Source of the DNA: Planctomycetota bacterium
Lineage (GTDB): Bacteria > Planctomycetota > PLA2 > JAEUHO01
Length of the DNA: 64,000 nucleotides
Assembly (NCBI GenBank): GCA_965222115.1
Contig: CBDCTJ010000001.1
Location: 448,001 to 512,000 of the forward strand
Direction: 5' to 3'
Shown one piece after another: positions 49,487 to 58,277 of this stretch (position 1 is the stretch's first letter; every line of letters begins with the position of its first letter). The notes beneath the pieces were generated by a model. The model was not told where the DNA came from. It made no database searches and saw nothing but the letters and a program-made list of their open reading frames with translations. The translations under genes and the position numbers were made by a program.

Positions 49487-50245
49487 ATGTGCTGCTTTAG
49501 TCGTCCCGTACTGTCCGTAAATAGCACCAAGATCTTTGCGAGGGCGCTGGCCAAAGGCCGCCAGCTCTTGGCCTACTCCATGCATCTTCACGCCAAGGAA
49601 GCCGTGGCGATGATTCTGCCATTGCCGGTGCCGCCGAAGTCAAAGGGCGACGCCGTGCGGTTTATCAACTTGGAGAAGTACGCCGGCTTTTTCGATGATT
49701 TGGCCAAGGGGTTTCCCGTGCCCAAATCCGATGGCTGGGGCCCGGCGGAGGGCAAGTCCAAGGGTCGTCGCCGCGAACTCAAAGTTGTGGACGTCGGGAG
49801 CTTTGAAGCCAGTTTCGTTCCCTCGGTGAAAGACTTCGATCGACTCGACGAACGTTTTCGTTTGCCGACCGATGTATGGAAGGGGCTGCCGCTCTATCGC
49901 GACTACGGCTTTGCGGTCTTCAAGCTAAAACCCGGCAAGAAGAAGATTCACCCCATGGCGTTTGATTTCCCTAACCGCACGCCGGGCAAGCTCTTCTTCC
50001 CCACGGTCCACATTCATGACGGCAAAGTCCACGAGCGGGCGCGCTTCGATCACGGGCTCTACTGTCAGCAAAATGCCAACGGCACGCTCGATCTGCTCAA
50101 CTGGCAAGAGACCCCCGATGTCGCACAGACGTTTATGGCTATGAAGAAGACCGAGGGACTCATCGCGCCCAAAGAACACGTCTACCGAAAAATCATGCGC
50201 GGCAAGCTCAAGAATCAGGACACAGTCGTAGAACTTCGGCGCTGA
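49487..50245 (+). CDS. Conserved hypothetical protein (DUF2330-like)
   Basis: GAGGAG RBS; MCCFS, AMILPLPV, VGSFEASFVP, HPMAF, LFFPTVHIHDG. Confidence 0.7.
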   Translation: MCCFSRPVLSVNSTKIFARALAKGRQLLAYSMHLHAKEAVAMILPLPVPPKSKGDAVRFINLEKYAGFFDDLAKGFPVPKSDGWGPAEGKSKGRRRELKVVDVGSFEASFVPSVKDFDRLDERFRLPTDVWKGLPLYRDYGFAVFKLKPGKKKIHPMAFDFPNRTPGKLFFPTVHIHDGKVHERARFDHGLYCQQNANGTLDLLNWQETPDVAQTFMAMKKTEGLIAPKEHVYRKIMRGKLKNQDTVVELRR

Positions 50246-50321
50246 CGCCAATCCGAAAATTTCGTACGATGCGCGCCGCGCTCGATCTTCGCTCGTGAGG
50301 ATCGGGCCGGGGAGTTTCATC

Positions 50322-51572
50322 GTGCGTATCGCTGCAACTGTTCTCATCCTCGCATCGACGTGTATCTATCCCAGGACCTCATCGGCCAAAGAGTCGGCGG
50401 GCGATCTGATCCAGAAGGCTAATGCGCACATGGAGGCGGGCGAACTTGACGTTGCCTCAACAACACTCGGCAAAGCGGCTGCCTTGGCTCAAAAGAAGAA
50501 GGATTTGGAGTCCGAGGTCGAGGCGGCAGAGGCGTTTGAGAAATTGCTCCGCAAGCCACGCAGAGACGCGTTCCTCGGTACGGGGATCGACAAATCGAAC
50601 AGTTCGTCATCCGATGCGCACGCAAAGTCAAACTACTCATCTCTTCTACTCAAATTCATGAAAGAGCTCGATCCCAAGCGACTGGGTGCAATCTCATCGG
50701 CCCACACATTGGCGCGTGCGATTCTTGAGCAAGCCTCGGAGACGGGCGACAACACCGGGGTCACCGAAGCTGCGCCTGTACTTCAAAGGCACCTGACAAA
50801 CAAGCACGCTGGCAAGATGGGCGAAGCGATGGCGTTCTATGGACGCGGTATGATGGCACGGACGCAAAAGGACCACGCGGCATCTCATCTCGCGCTGCGC
50901 AGAGCGCTCGACCTGGCCGTAGAATCAGGCTGGACGAGATTATCGATATTGATCGGCACGGAGGCGGCGGCGGCGGCAATCGCCTCCGGTGACAGTGAGT
51001 CTGCAAAGAAGGCCCTTGCAGACGTTGTTCCGGTCATGAAGAATCAGCACTACCAACTAACGGTGTATTGGAAGCGTGTCATCAAGCATCGTCTTCGTGG
51101 CGTTTCCGATGACGTGATGGCACCTGCGAACGCGTTCTTTGACACAGACAAGCGAAAAGGAAGCATGGTCGGCGCCCAAGGAGGCAAAGGTGGCCGCGGC
51201 GGTGCTGGTGGTGGCGCAGATTCCAGAAGCGAATTCGGCAAGGCCTACAAAAGACTAAAAAAGAAGAAGCCATTTGTCTCCGTGACACGCACGAAAGATG
51301 GCATGAGGCTTTCCGAACACTTCGGACCCAAGCGCACTCACGAACAACCATTCAACTACATGATGAAACACTGGCACGAAGATGGTGTCGCGGTTTCGTT
51401 CTTTCACCAGTTCGTATGCCTTCGCATGATCGACATGACCGGACGCCGCGGCGGACCCGGGGGAAGCAATGAAGCGTCCCACGCGTGGGCGTTCTACCCG
51501 CTGGCAATAGGCGAGACCTGGGGTGTCATGAAAGACGGCACGATCACCATCAGATCCAAGAAGCGCAGATAG
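50322..51572 (+). CDS. Secreted helical-repeat hypothetical protein
   Basis: Signal peptide; TPR-like helices; Gly-rich linker. Confidence 0.65.
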   Translation: MRIAATVLILASTCIYPRTSSAKESAGDLIQKANAHMEAGELDVASTTLGKAAALAQKKKDLESEVEAAEAFEKLLRKPRRDAFLGTGIDKSNSSSSDAHAKSNYSSLLLKFMKELDPKRLGAISSAHTLARAILEQASETGDNTGVTEAAPVLQRHLTNKHAGKMGEAMAFYGRGMMARTQKDHAASHLALRRALDLAVESGWTRLSILIGTEAAAAAIASGDSESAKKALADVVPVMKNQHYQLTVYWKRVIKHRLRGVSDDVMAPANAFFDTDKRKGSMVGAQGGKGGRGGAGGGADSRSEFGKAYKRLKKKKPFVSVTRTKDGMRLSEHFGPKRTHEQPFNYMMKHWHEDGVAVSFFHQFVCLRMIDMTGRRGGPGGSNEASHAWAFYPLAIGETWGVMKDGTITIRSKKRR

Positions 51573-51730
51573 CGCAAGACAACCCAGTTGCCACCTGTGC
51601 GGGACGTTAGTCATTGGGCCCAGTGGCCTCCGGGACAGGCTGAACCACGCCTCCGTTCGGCCAATTGTCGTGACAAGCCCTAAAAATTGGGGTCTCGGGA
51701 CCCTCGGCCCAGAAGAATTGGCGAATTCTA

Positions 51731-51764
51731 GGGAAACCCACAGTCGGTAGGGAGCGTCCCATGT
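51731..51764 (+). promoter_or_regulatory. ECF sigma-type promoter motif upstream of paralog 3
   Basis: GGGAAACC-N16-CGTCCCATGT; boxes and spacing identical to 8787-8820. Confidence 0.6.
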
Positions 51765-51988
51765 ATGGGTCGGAAGGGCCTCCCGCTGGTGGCGGGATCG
51801 GCCTGACCTATACTCTTTGCTGGACCGCTAGGTCTGAGGGTTCGCATCGTCGCGCTGCCTCAGCCTGGGAGTTCAGCACGGAATTCTGCTTTCGGCTCGG
51901 CGAAACACACTGGCGAAGGCGCCAGAAGTACACTCGCCGCGATGCCCTGAAAATCAGTTTACGAGTTCGAATCGTCATGGAGTTACGA

Positions 51989-52747
51989 ATGCGCAAGACG
52001 CTCAGCCTTGGCTTGGCAGCGGTACTCGCCCTGCCCGCCCTCATGTTTGCCTTCGGCCCCACTGCAAATGCAGGCGGTGGCTGCTGAGGCTTCTCCCCCG
52101 CCGCCAACGCCGTGTTGCGTTGCAAGTGGAAGAACGCCGAGAAAGTGGCCCCCGATACCGACGTTAGCACCGGCGACACCGCCGAAGAGGCCGAAGCGAA
52201 GGCCGAGAAGAAGATGGCGCCCAAGCCCATCATGGTCTACGTCACAGACGGCGCAGACAACGCTGAGCACACCAAGATCGAGAAGGTCGTTCTCATGAAC
52301 GAAGAGATCTCGATTCTCATGAATAACTTTGACTGCCTAAAGGTCAGCCCCGAAGTGGCTAAGGACGACCCGCTCTTGAAAGAGCACGGTAAGGCCTGCC
52401 CTCGCTTCATTATCTTCAACCGCGACTACAGCAAGCCCAAGGTCTTCGAAGGCAAGTCCATGAAGACCAAGAAGGTCTTGACCGCGCTCAAGAAGGCTGC
52501 CAAGCACGCCTACAAGACCCCCATCGACAAGTACGTCAAAGAGATCCGCAAGCTCGTCAACGAGTACAACAAGATCAATGGCGCGATGAAGGTCATTGAA
52601 GGCAAGCGGAGCCGCGGCGACCTCAGCAAGAAGGACAAGAAGAAGCTTGCCGAGCTTGAGCAGGCTCAGAAAGACGCTGAAGCCAAGGAAAAGAAATTCC
52701 TCACCTATGAGCTTCGCGTGAAGGAGAAGGCCAAAGCCGAAGGCTAA
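51989..52747 (+). CDS. Predicted secreted selenoprotein, thioredoxin-like fold (paralog 3; 252 aa, Sec at codon 33)
   Basis: GGAG RBS; MRKTLSLGLAAVLALPALMFAFGPTANAGGGC-TGA(52085-52087)-GFSP... in frame with the 52112-52747 ORF; KPIMVYVTD and DPLLKEHGKACPRFII align with paralogs 1 and 2. Confidence 0.8.
52105..52122 (+). promoter_or_regulatory. Candidate bacterial SECIS hairpin (paralog 3)
   Basis: CAACGC-CGUGUU-GCGUUG at +18 to +35 after the UGA, with G at loop position 2. Confidence 0.5.
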
Positions 52748-52782
52748 ACGCCAACCACCTTCTAGCTACGCAACCAATCTAG

Positions 52783-52815
52783 ACGCGGCGAGCCTTCGGG
52801 CTCGCCGCGTTTTTT
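52783..52815 (+). terminator. Rho-independent terminator
   Basis: 12-bp stem ACGCGGCGAGCC/GGCTCGCCGCGT, TTCG loop, T-tract. Confidence 0.9.
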
Positions 52816-52950
52816 CGTGATCAAGAAGTGCGTTTACAAGCCTTCCAAGGGAAGCCCCGCAAACACCCTCCTAAGTGGAGAAGAGTCTTTGTAGGTGTGG
52901 GAGCCAGTGAGAGACTCGAGATGAGCCGTTGCATACGAGACACGAAATCC

Positions 52951-54297
52951 TCAACGCAGCGATTGCAATGCGTCTTCCCAAGCGACGGGATCTTCGCCAA
53001 TGCCGTTAAGGCGCGTCTGGGTCTGGAGCGCTTTGGCAAGCGTTGATCGAAGCCGCGACCCGGACTTAGAACGCTTCAAGGCTCGAAGTAGACCTGACAC
53101 ACTTCCGGCCACAACATACGCTTCAAAGTACGCCGCAATGGCCAACTCGTTGCCATTCGCATCTTCAAGAAGCTTGATGAATTGAGGTCCCGCATCCCAT
53201 TGGTGATCAGAGAGTGCCGCTACGGCCGCTGTGGACACGTGGGGACTCGAATCGGCAACCAACGTCAGCAACCGCTGTCGCCCGGGCTTGTCCTGCACTG
53301 GGGCGATGACGCCAATCGCGGCCACCCGCACACGTACCGGAGCCTTGCCATCAAAGGCTACGCTCGCTGCATGGGCAACGCCTTCGGGGCGCGAGCGCAA
53401 TGCCCAGAGCGCAGCACGGCGCACGTTACGCTCGGGATGGGTAACGTTTACCGGTTCACCGCTCAACAGTTCAAGCAACGCGGCGCTTGCGCTATCCCCC
53501 AAGAACTCATAAGCGCGAGTTACAATCGACGCACGCTCGAGTCCCGTGATTTGAGGTGAAGCTTCACCACGGATGGCTGCCAACACACGCGCCTTTCGCT
53601 CCTCCGCTCGCGTCGACTTCGGCATCCATCGCTTTCGCAAGGGAGTCTTGAATACGGATTTGGCAGCAAGCTTGGCGTCCACCGCCTCCCGCGACACGAC
53701 TTGAATCGCGCCGTCTGCGACTCGAACAACGGTGAGGGGTTGCGCGTGCCCATTCGAAACAACAACGAGTAGACCTGCTTTGACCTCGATGCGCCTGACT
53801 TGCCACGGCGTGGTGTACCCGACGGGCATGACGGCAGGCCGTGGAGGTTGCGGCAACACAATCGACACTTGCGGCCCATCTACGGGAACCCAATTGAGAA
53901 GCGTAACTAACTCGCCGCGCGGATAGCCCGGCGGGCCATAGTCCTGGGTAATCGCGGCAAAGCCCGAACCGTCTGACGCCGGAAGAAAGTCAATCGGATA
54001 CCCTCCGATACGCGCGCGTGCCACCACACGATCCCCGCGACGAATCGGGTTTATTCCTGGCACACCATGTCTACCCTGCCCAACATCTCGGAGTACCGAC
54101 AACGCCTTTGAATCTCGCGCACACGCCACCAATGCACACCGATCACTTAGTGCCTCTACGGTTACGTACCACCGCCCGGTTGCATCCACGCGTCGCTTAG
54201 CGCCTGGAAAAGCGGGGGTCGCGTTGGATAACGGCGCCAACCCGACCGCAAGGAGCAACAAGGCAAGGACCCGGAGTACGAAGGCCATAACCTTCAT
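52951..54297 (-). CDS. Secreted protein with C-terminal HEAT-like repeats
   Basis: Signal peptide; NVRRAALWAL, VRVAAIG, HVSTAAVAAL. Confidence 0.65.
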   Translation of the reverse strand: MKVMAFVLRVLALLLLAVGLAPLSNATPAFPGAKRRVDATGRWYVTVEALSDRCALVACARDSKALSVLRDVGQGRHGVPGINPIRRGDRVVARARIGGYPIDFLPASDGSGFAAITQDYGPPGYPRGELVTLLNWVPVDGPQVSIVLPQPPRPAVMPVGYTTPWQVRRIEVKAGLLVVVSNGHAQPLTVVRVADGAIQVVSREAVDAKLAAKSVFKTPLRKRWMPKSTRAEERKARVLAAIRGEASPQITGLERASIVTRAYEFLGDSASAALLELLSGEPVNVTHPERNVRRAALWALRSRPEGVAHAASVAFDGKAPVRVRVAAIGVIAPVQDKPGRQRLLTLVADSSPHVSTAAVAALSDHQWDAGPQFIKLLEDANGNELAIAAYFEAYVVAGSVSGLLRALKRSKSGSRLRSTLAKALQTQTRLNGIGEDPVAWEDALQSLR

Positions 54298-54425
54298 TGG
54301 ACTCGTCGCGTATCATGGCGTCGTCATACTGACTACGTGTCGATACGTGTTTCGCCTATCTGTACTGCTACACAATCGTCAGGGCAAAGTTGCCAGCCTC
54401 ATGGACTCGACCCTACCCAATTGGG

Positions 54426-54752
54426 TCACGGATCAATGGGATTCAGCACGTCACAAAGACTGCCATCGCCCTGTCGTGTAATATGTCCTATCAGATTACG
54501 ATCGATACCCGCGTATCGGATGCAATCAACTTCTTGATCTCTTAGCGTCGCGAGCATTTGTACAAGATCTTGAGGCGACTCGGGTTGCCTCGAGACAAAG
54601 CAGTGCTTGTCTCTATCGTACGCGAACATGCTTGGTGCGGTCACCATGGGCACGTCGCAACATATACAGCAGCCATACTCGACATAGAAGTCGCCCTTAG
54701 CGTTGCTTGGGTGCCGTTTACGTTGACCTTGGGAAGGCGTCTTGCCGCTCAT
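54426..54752 (-). CDS. Ferredoxin-like protein
   Basis: GDFYVEYGCCICCDVP...AP..F...CFVSRQP...DCIRY. Confidence 0.7.
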   Translation of the reverse strand: MSGKTPSQGQRKRHPSNAKGDFYVEYGCCICCDVPMVTAPSMFAYDRDKHCFVSRQPESPQDLVQMLATLRDQEVDCIRYAGIDRNLIGHITRQGDGSLCDVLNPIDP

Positions 54753-54914
54753 GATTTCATCTTAGTCTCATGGGCGCGGATGACATAAACCTTGGCATTC
54801 GAAGGGGATAGTTCCTGGTAACGCTCCGCGACCTTGCGAATGTTCGATCAGGTTGTCAATCGGAGCAAACTGCACGTAACGTCGAGTCGCGTGGCTCAGG
54901 GATCATCAAGACTC

Positions 54915-56726
54915 TCACTTGCTTGGAGCAGGAAATCGAATCTCCGCATCGTTCTCGCCGTTGACGACCACGACATCGTCCAGAGCGTCAGTCCATGGTT
55001 TCTTGCCATCGGGTGACCACTGAAAGCGGTAGGTGCCGGGCACGATAGGTGCGATGACGGGTGGCCAACGCTGAGGTGTCACTTGCTGAGACGCATGGCC
55101 CTTCCCCTTTCCCATGAAATAGCGCAGATACCCTTGAGGGCGCAACACATTACCCACTGAGACTCGAGCATGAAGAGAGGCTGCCTCTATGCGAATCGTG
55201 TGATCACTACCACCCACGACGACGTCTAAATCGCGGCCATTTATATTGTTCATGTGCCAGTGCTTCAGGATCATCGTTGTTCCGACGGGTTGTGGCACCC
55301 AGGCCGTCCATTCTCCGGTTTCCGGGTCAGCGGAAACGGCTGCAACGACGTATTCGGGTTGACGCTTCGTTCGCACCGTCAAGATTCGAACCATAGGAAT
55401 AAGGAGACCCGAGCCAACGAGCCGGCCGCCGAGCGAATTGAGTCGCTTCACACGAATGTCGCCGAGATCCGAGCTCTCATCGACATCAACGGTGGCGACT
55501 TGAATCTCCTTTTGGTGGATGAGCTCGCTGCCAACGTAGACCTCATATCTACCTTCGGGGAGACGCGCACGAAACCGCCCCTCGGTGTCGGTATTCAATC
55601 TCTTATCGAAGTGCTTACCGCGAAACCGAAACTGCGAAGTACGTATGGGCTCGCGACCGTTTGCGAGCATGCGGCCGCGACACGTCTTGGCGGCACGCAA
55701 TCCAATGACCCAGTCACTTTCGCTTGGTTCCAGCCGATTCCACGATCCAGAATGAGTATGGCGTAGAAAGGAGTCGCCCGACACATGGAGCGACGCTCGT
55801 TCATTGGAGCCTGGTGGTACCCAAACGGGTACGCCATCGCCATCTATCGTGGCCTGCGTGCGAATGTGTATGGCACCCACCCTCAGGGTAAGCGTGCCGA
55901 TTTCGCCGCCAAGGTCACTTCCCTCGGAAGACTCAAGATAGACACCGACCTCTCGCCAAGGTCCAACGAGTTGGATCGTTGCTCGGACGTGCGCACCGAC
56001 TTTGGGATGAATCGACGCCGCCCCTCTATAACTACCGTCTATAGACACGAACTCCACCAAGTGCGGCTCGGGTGACACAAGCCAAGACACCTCACCCGGA
56101 ACGTCTATCGTTTGCGGGCTCGATACAGGCCTTGCAAACCTCTTCAGCACCACGTTACCACGCTGAACTTCGACGCCTTGGGGACGGACGATACGCACCG
56201 TTATTCGGGGAGCTGCAAATCCAACGATTTCAACAGGGCCCTTCACCTCGCCAACACGCGCCTGGATCCATGTTGGCTTGGATACCAGCGTTTCGGATCT
56301 CCAACGCAACACGAATTGAACGTCACCCTCTCGCTCCATTTGAGCTCTGATTCGGAACGTTCCTTCCTGGGGCCCCCAAATCACATCGGCGACGCCGAGG
56401 AGCTTCCCGGCGACGGTTGTGGTGAGTCTTCCACCGCCCGACCCCTTGCCGTACACGTCAATCACCCGACCAAAGATTACAATCTCATTTGGCTTCGCAC
56501 GCAGCGACTCCCAGTCGAACACCTTCTTGGCGCGGTCGATCTCATTATTCGAATGAAGACCTGGACGCGCGCTTCGCAAGGGTGCGTTGACACCCTCAAC
56601 CTGCTCGGTCGTCTCCCTAGAAACGACGGCACCATCTCTACCGATGCCGTCGTGAGCATCCGACAGAAGTAAGTAGAGCGTCACGCTCAGCGCGAGCACT
56701 GCCAAGACGAGCGCAATCCGATTCAC
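54915..56726 (-). CDS. Membrane-anchored carboxypeptidase-regulatory-like domain protein
   Basis: GGAGG RBS with GTG; TM anchor; IFGRVIDVYG and TDTEGRFRARLPEGRYEV. Confidence 0.65.
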   Translation of the reverse strand: MNRIALVLAVLALSVTLYLLLSDAHDGIGRDGAVVSRETTEQVEGVNAPLRSARPGLHSNNEIDRAKKVFDWESLRAKPNEIVIFGRVIDVYGKGSGGGRLTTTVAGKLLGVADVIWGPQEGTFRIRAQMEREGDVQFVLRWRSETLVSKPTWIQARVGEVKGPVEIVGFAAPRITVRIVRPQGVEVQRGNVVLKRFARPVSSPQTIDVPGEVSWLVSPEPHLVEFVSIDGSYRGAASIHPKVGAHVRATIQLVGPWREVGVYLESSEGSDLGGEIGTLTLRVGAIHIRTQATIDGDGVPVWVPPGSNERASLHVSGDSFLRHTHSGSWNRLEPSESDWVIGLRAAKTCRGRMLANGREPIRTSQFRFRGKHFDKRLNTDTEGRFRARLPEGRYEVYVGSELIHQKEIQVATVDVDESSDLGDIRVKRLNSLGGRLVGSGLLIPMVRILTVRTKRQPEYVVAAVSADPETGEWTAWVPQPVGTTMILKHWHMNNINGRDLDVVVGGSDHTIRIEAASLHARVSVGNVLRPQGYLRYFMGKGKGHASQQVTPQRWPPVIAPIVPGTYRFQWSPDGKKPWTDALDDVVVVNGENDAEIRFPAPSK

Positions 56727-56785
56727 TCGGGGACCTCCCGTCATTTGACGCCGTAGCGCGGTTGATTGCGCGTTATCCTGTGATC

Positions 56786-58186
56786 GTGAGAATACTCGTC
56801 GCCGCCCTATCGTCGTTGTTTCTGATGACTGCGCCAAGTGCGTACGCAAAGCGCGCCAAGCAAAAGACGCGCGCAACGCCGATCGCCATTAAGAGGGGCC
56901 TACCAAAGTCGACGGGCGTCGGTCAACTTGCAATCGCAACGAACCTTCCCACGGGCGACAAGCGCTGGAAGGCGGTGAAGCGATATGCCAAGTCTCGCAA
57001 GGCGGCTACCCTACGATTTAGGGAGCTTGACGTAACGTCCATTCGGCGTTCGCTCGCCAAGATTGGGCCTGAGTTTGTTGCGTTCGCTGTCGCACCAGAA
57101 ACGCTCGACGTGAACTTTCACTACAGCGTGCTGGAGCTGTGTCGCGACCTCGACGACGATCCCATGCCCGACTTTCACTTTGGCTATCTCGTCACGCAAG
57201 ACGCGTCCGATATGGAGGCGTGGCTAGCGCGCATAGAAGCTCGCCACCAGGCACCGCTTGATACGCCGAAAGCAAAGGTAGTGGCGCTACGCGGAAACGG
57301 GAGTCAACTGCGCAGCCTCGACATGTTGCTTCACTTTGGGCACGGTATGCCAACTCGCGTGCAGGGCGGGATGACAGGCGAGCAGGTCGGCGCGCTCAAG
57401 CTCGAACGCGCGCCGGTAGTTTGGTCAGGCGCGTGTTTCAACGCCGTCGTCTCCCGCAGCTTTCACAAGAGCGCATTCCATATGGTGTGGTCTCCGCCCG
57501 TATCAGTCGATCCAAAGAAGTGCATGGCGACGAATTGGATCCACGCGGGCGCCTTGGGATTCTTGGCGGCCTTGGAAGGCGATCGTGGCGAGATGGCTTC
57601 GGTGGAGTGGGAATACTTGCGTCGGGAGGCATGCTCGCTCGGCGAAGCGATAGGCCACCAGTATCGTCTTGCTACGACAAGCTTCTATGCCGACTTTACT
57701 AGGTTTCCCCGCCACGTGAACCGACACAAGAAGCGCATGAGTTTTTACGATGTCATGCTTCGCGGCGCGGTTTCACGCGTATTGTTCGGCGACCCGTCGC
57801 TGAAACCCATCACGTCGCCTCTGGACAAGCCCACCCAAACCGTTTCGCTTGAACAAGACACAAGTGCATCGACGTCCAGATCGACGATCAAGATCCGCGT
57901 CGATCGCAGAGCGCAGTCCGCCCATCAAAACTACTTGCCAAAGTCTGGCAAGGGCGTATTCGACGCCCGCATCACCGCGCGGGTTGCTCTGCCCGAGGAC
58001 TGGTCAAAGCCGCTTCCCGTCGATGCTGCGGTCACACTCGTTACGAATGGCAAGTCTGTTGAGATCACCCGCCATCAAATCCGACACGAAGTTTGGGGCG
58101 GCCGTCGATTCGTCAACCTTCAGATTGAATCTCCTCCTGGCTCGGTCAAGAAGGGCTCGGTGGCAACGTTTGTGTTCGAGGACTGA
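56786..58186 (+). CDS. Secreted clan CD cysteine peptidase-like protein (C25/gingipain-like)
   Basis: Signal peptide ending SAYA; HFGHG, VWSGACFN, LFGDPSL. Confidence 0.6.
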   Translation: MRILVAALSSLFLMTAPSAYAKRAKQKTRATPIAIKRGLPKSTGVGQLAIATNLPTGDKRWKAVKRYAKSRKAATLRFRELDVTSIRRSLAKIGPEFVAFAVAPETLDVNFHYSVLELCRDLDDDPMPDFHFGYLVTQDASDMEAWLARIEARHQAPLDTPKAKVVALRGNGSQLRSLDMLLHFGHGMPTRVQGGMTGEQVGALKLERAPVVWSGACFNAVVSRSFHKSAFHMVWSPPVSVDPKKCMATNWIHAGALGFLAALEGDRGEMASVEWEYLRREACSLGEAIGHQYRLATTSFYADFTRFPRHVNRHKKRMSFYDVMLRGAVSRVLFGDPSLKPITSPLDKPTQTVSLEQDTSASTSRSTIKIRVDRRAQSAHQNYLPKSGKGVFDARITARVALPEDWSKPLPVDAAVTLVTNGKSVEITRHQIRHEVWGGRRFVNLQIESPPGSVKKGSVATFVFED

Positions 58187-58277
58187 AAGTGAGATTTCGC
58201 AGCAAAGAAAAACCCTCGACACCATCAAGCAAAGTGAATCGACTCAGTAGGCTTCGACAACGCAAGTTCTTGACACA

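Noticed and set aside
7017-52747. Genome-wide TGA reassignment (code 4 or 25) as the explanation for the in-frame TGAs
   Set aside because: TGA ends many ordinary genes here (bioF-bioD, both PhnE genes, LysR, Clp-N), often in ATGA/GTGA overlaps, and long conserved genes contain no internal TGA.
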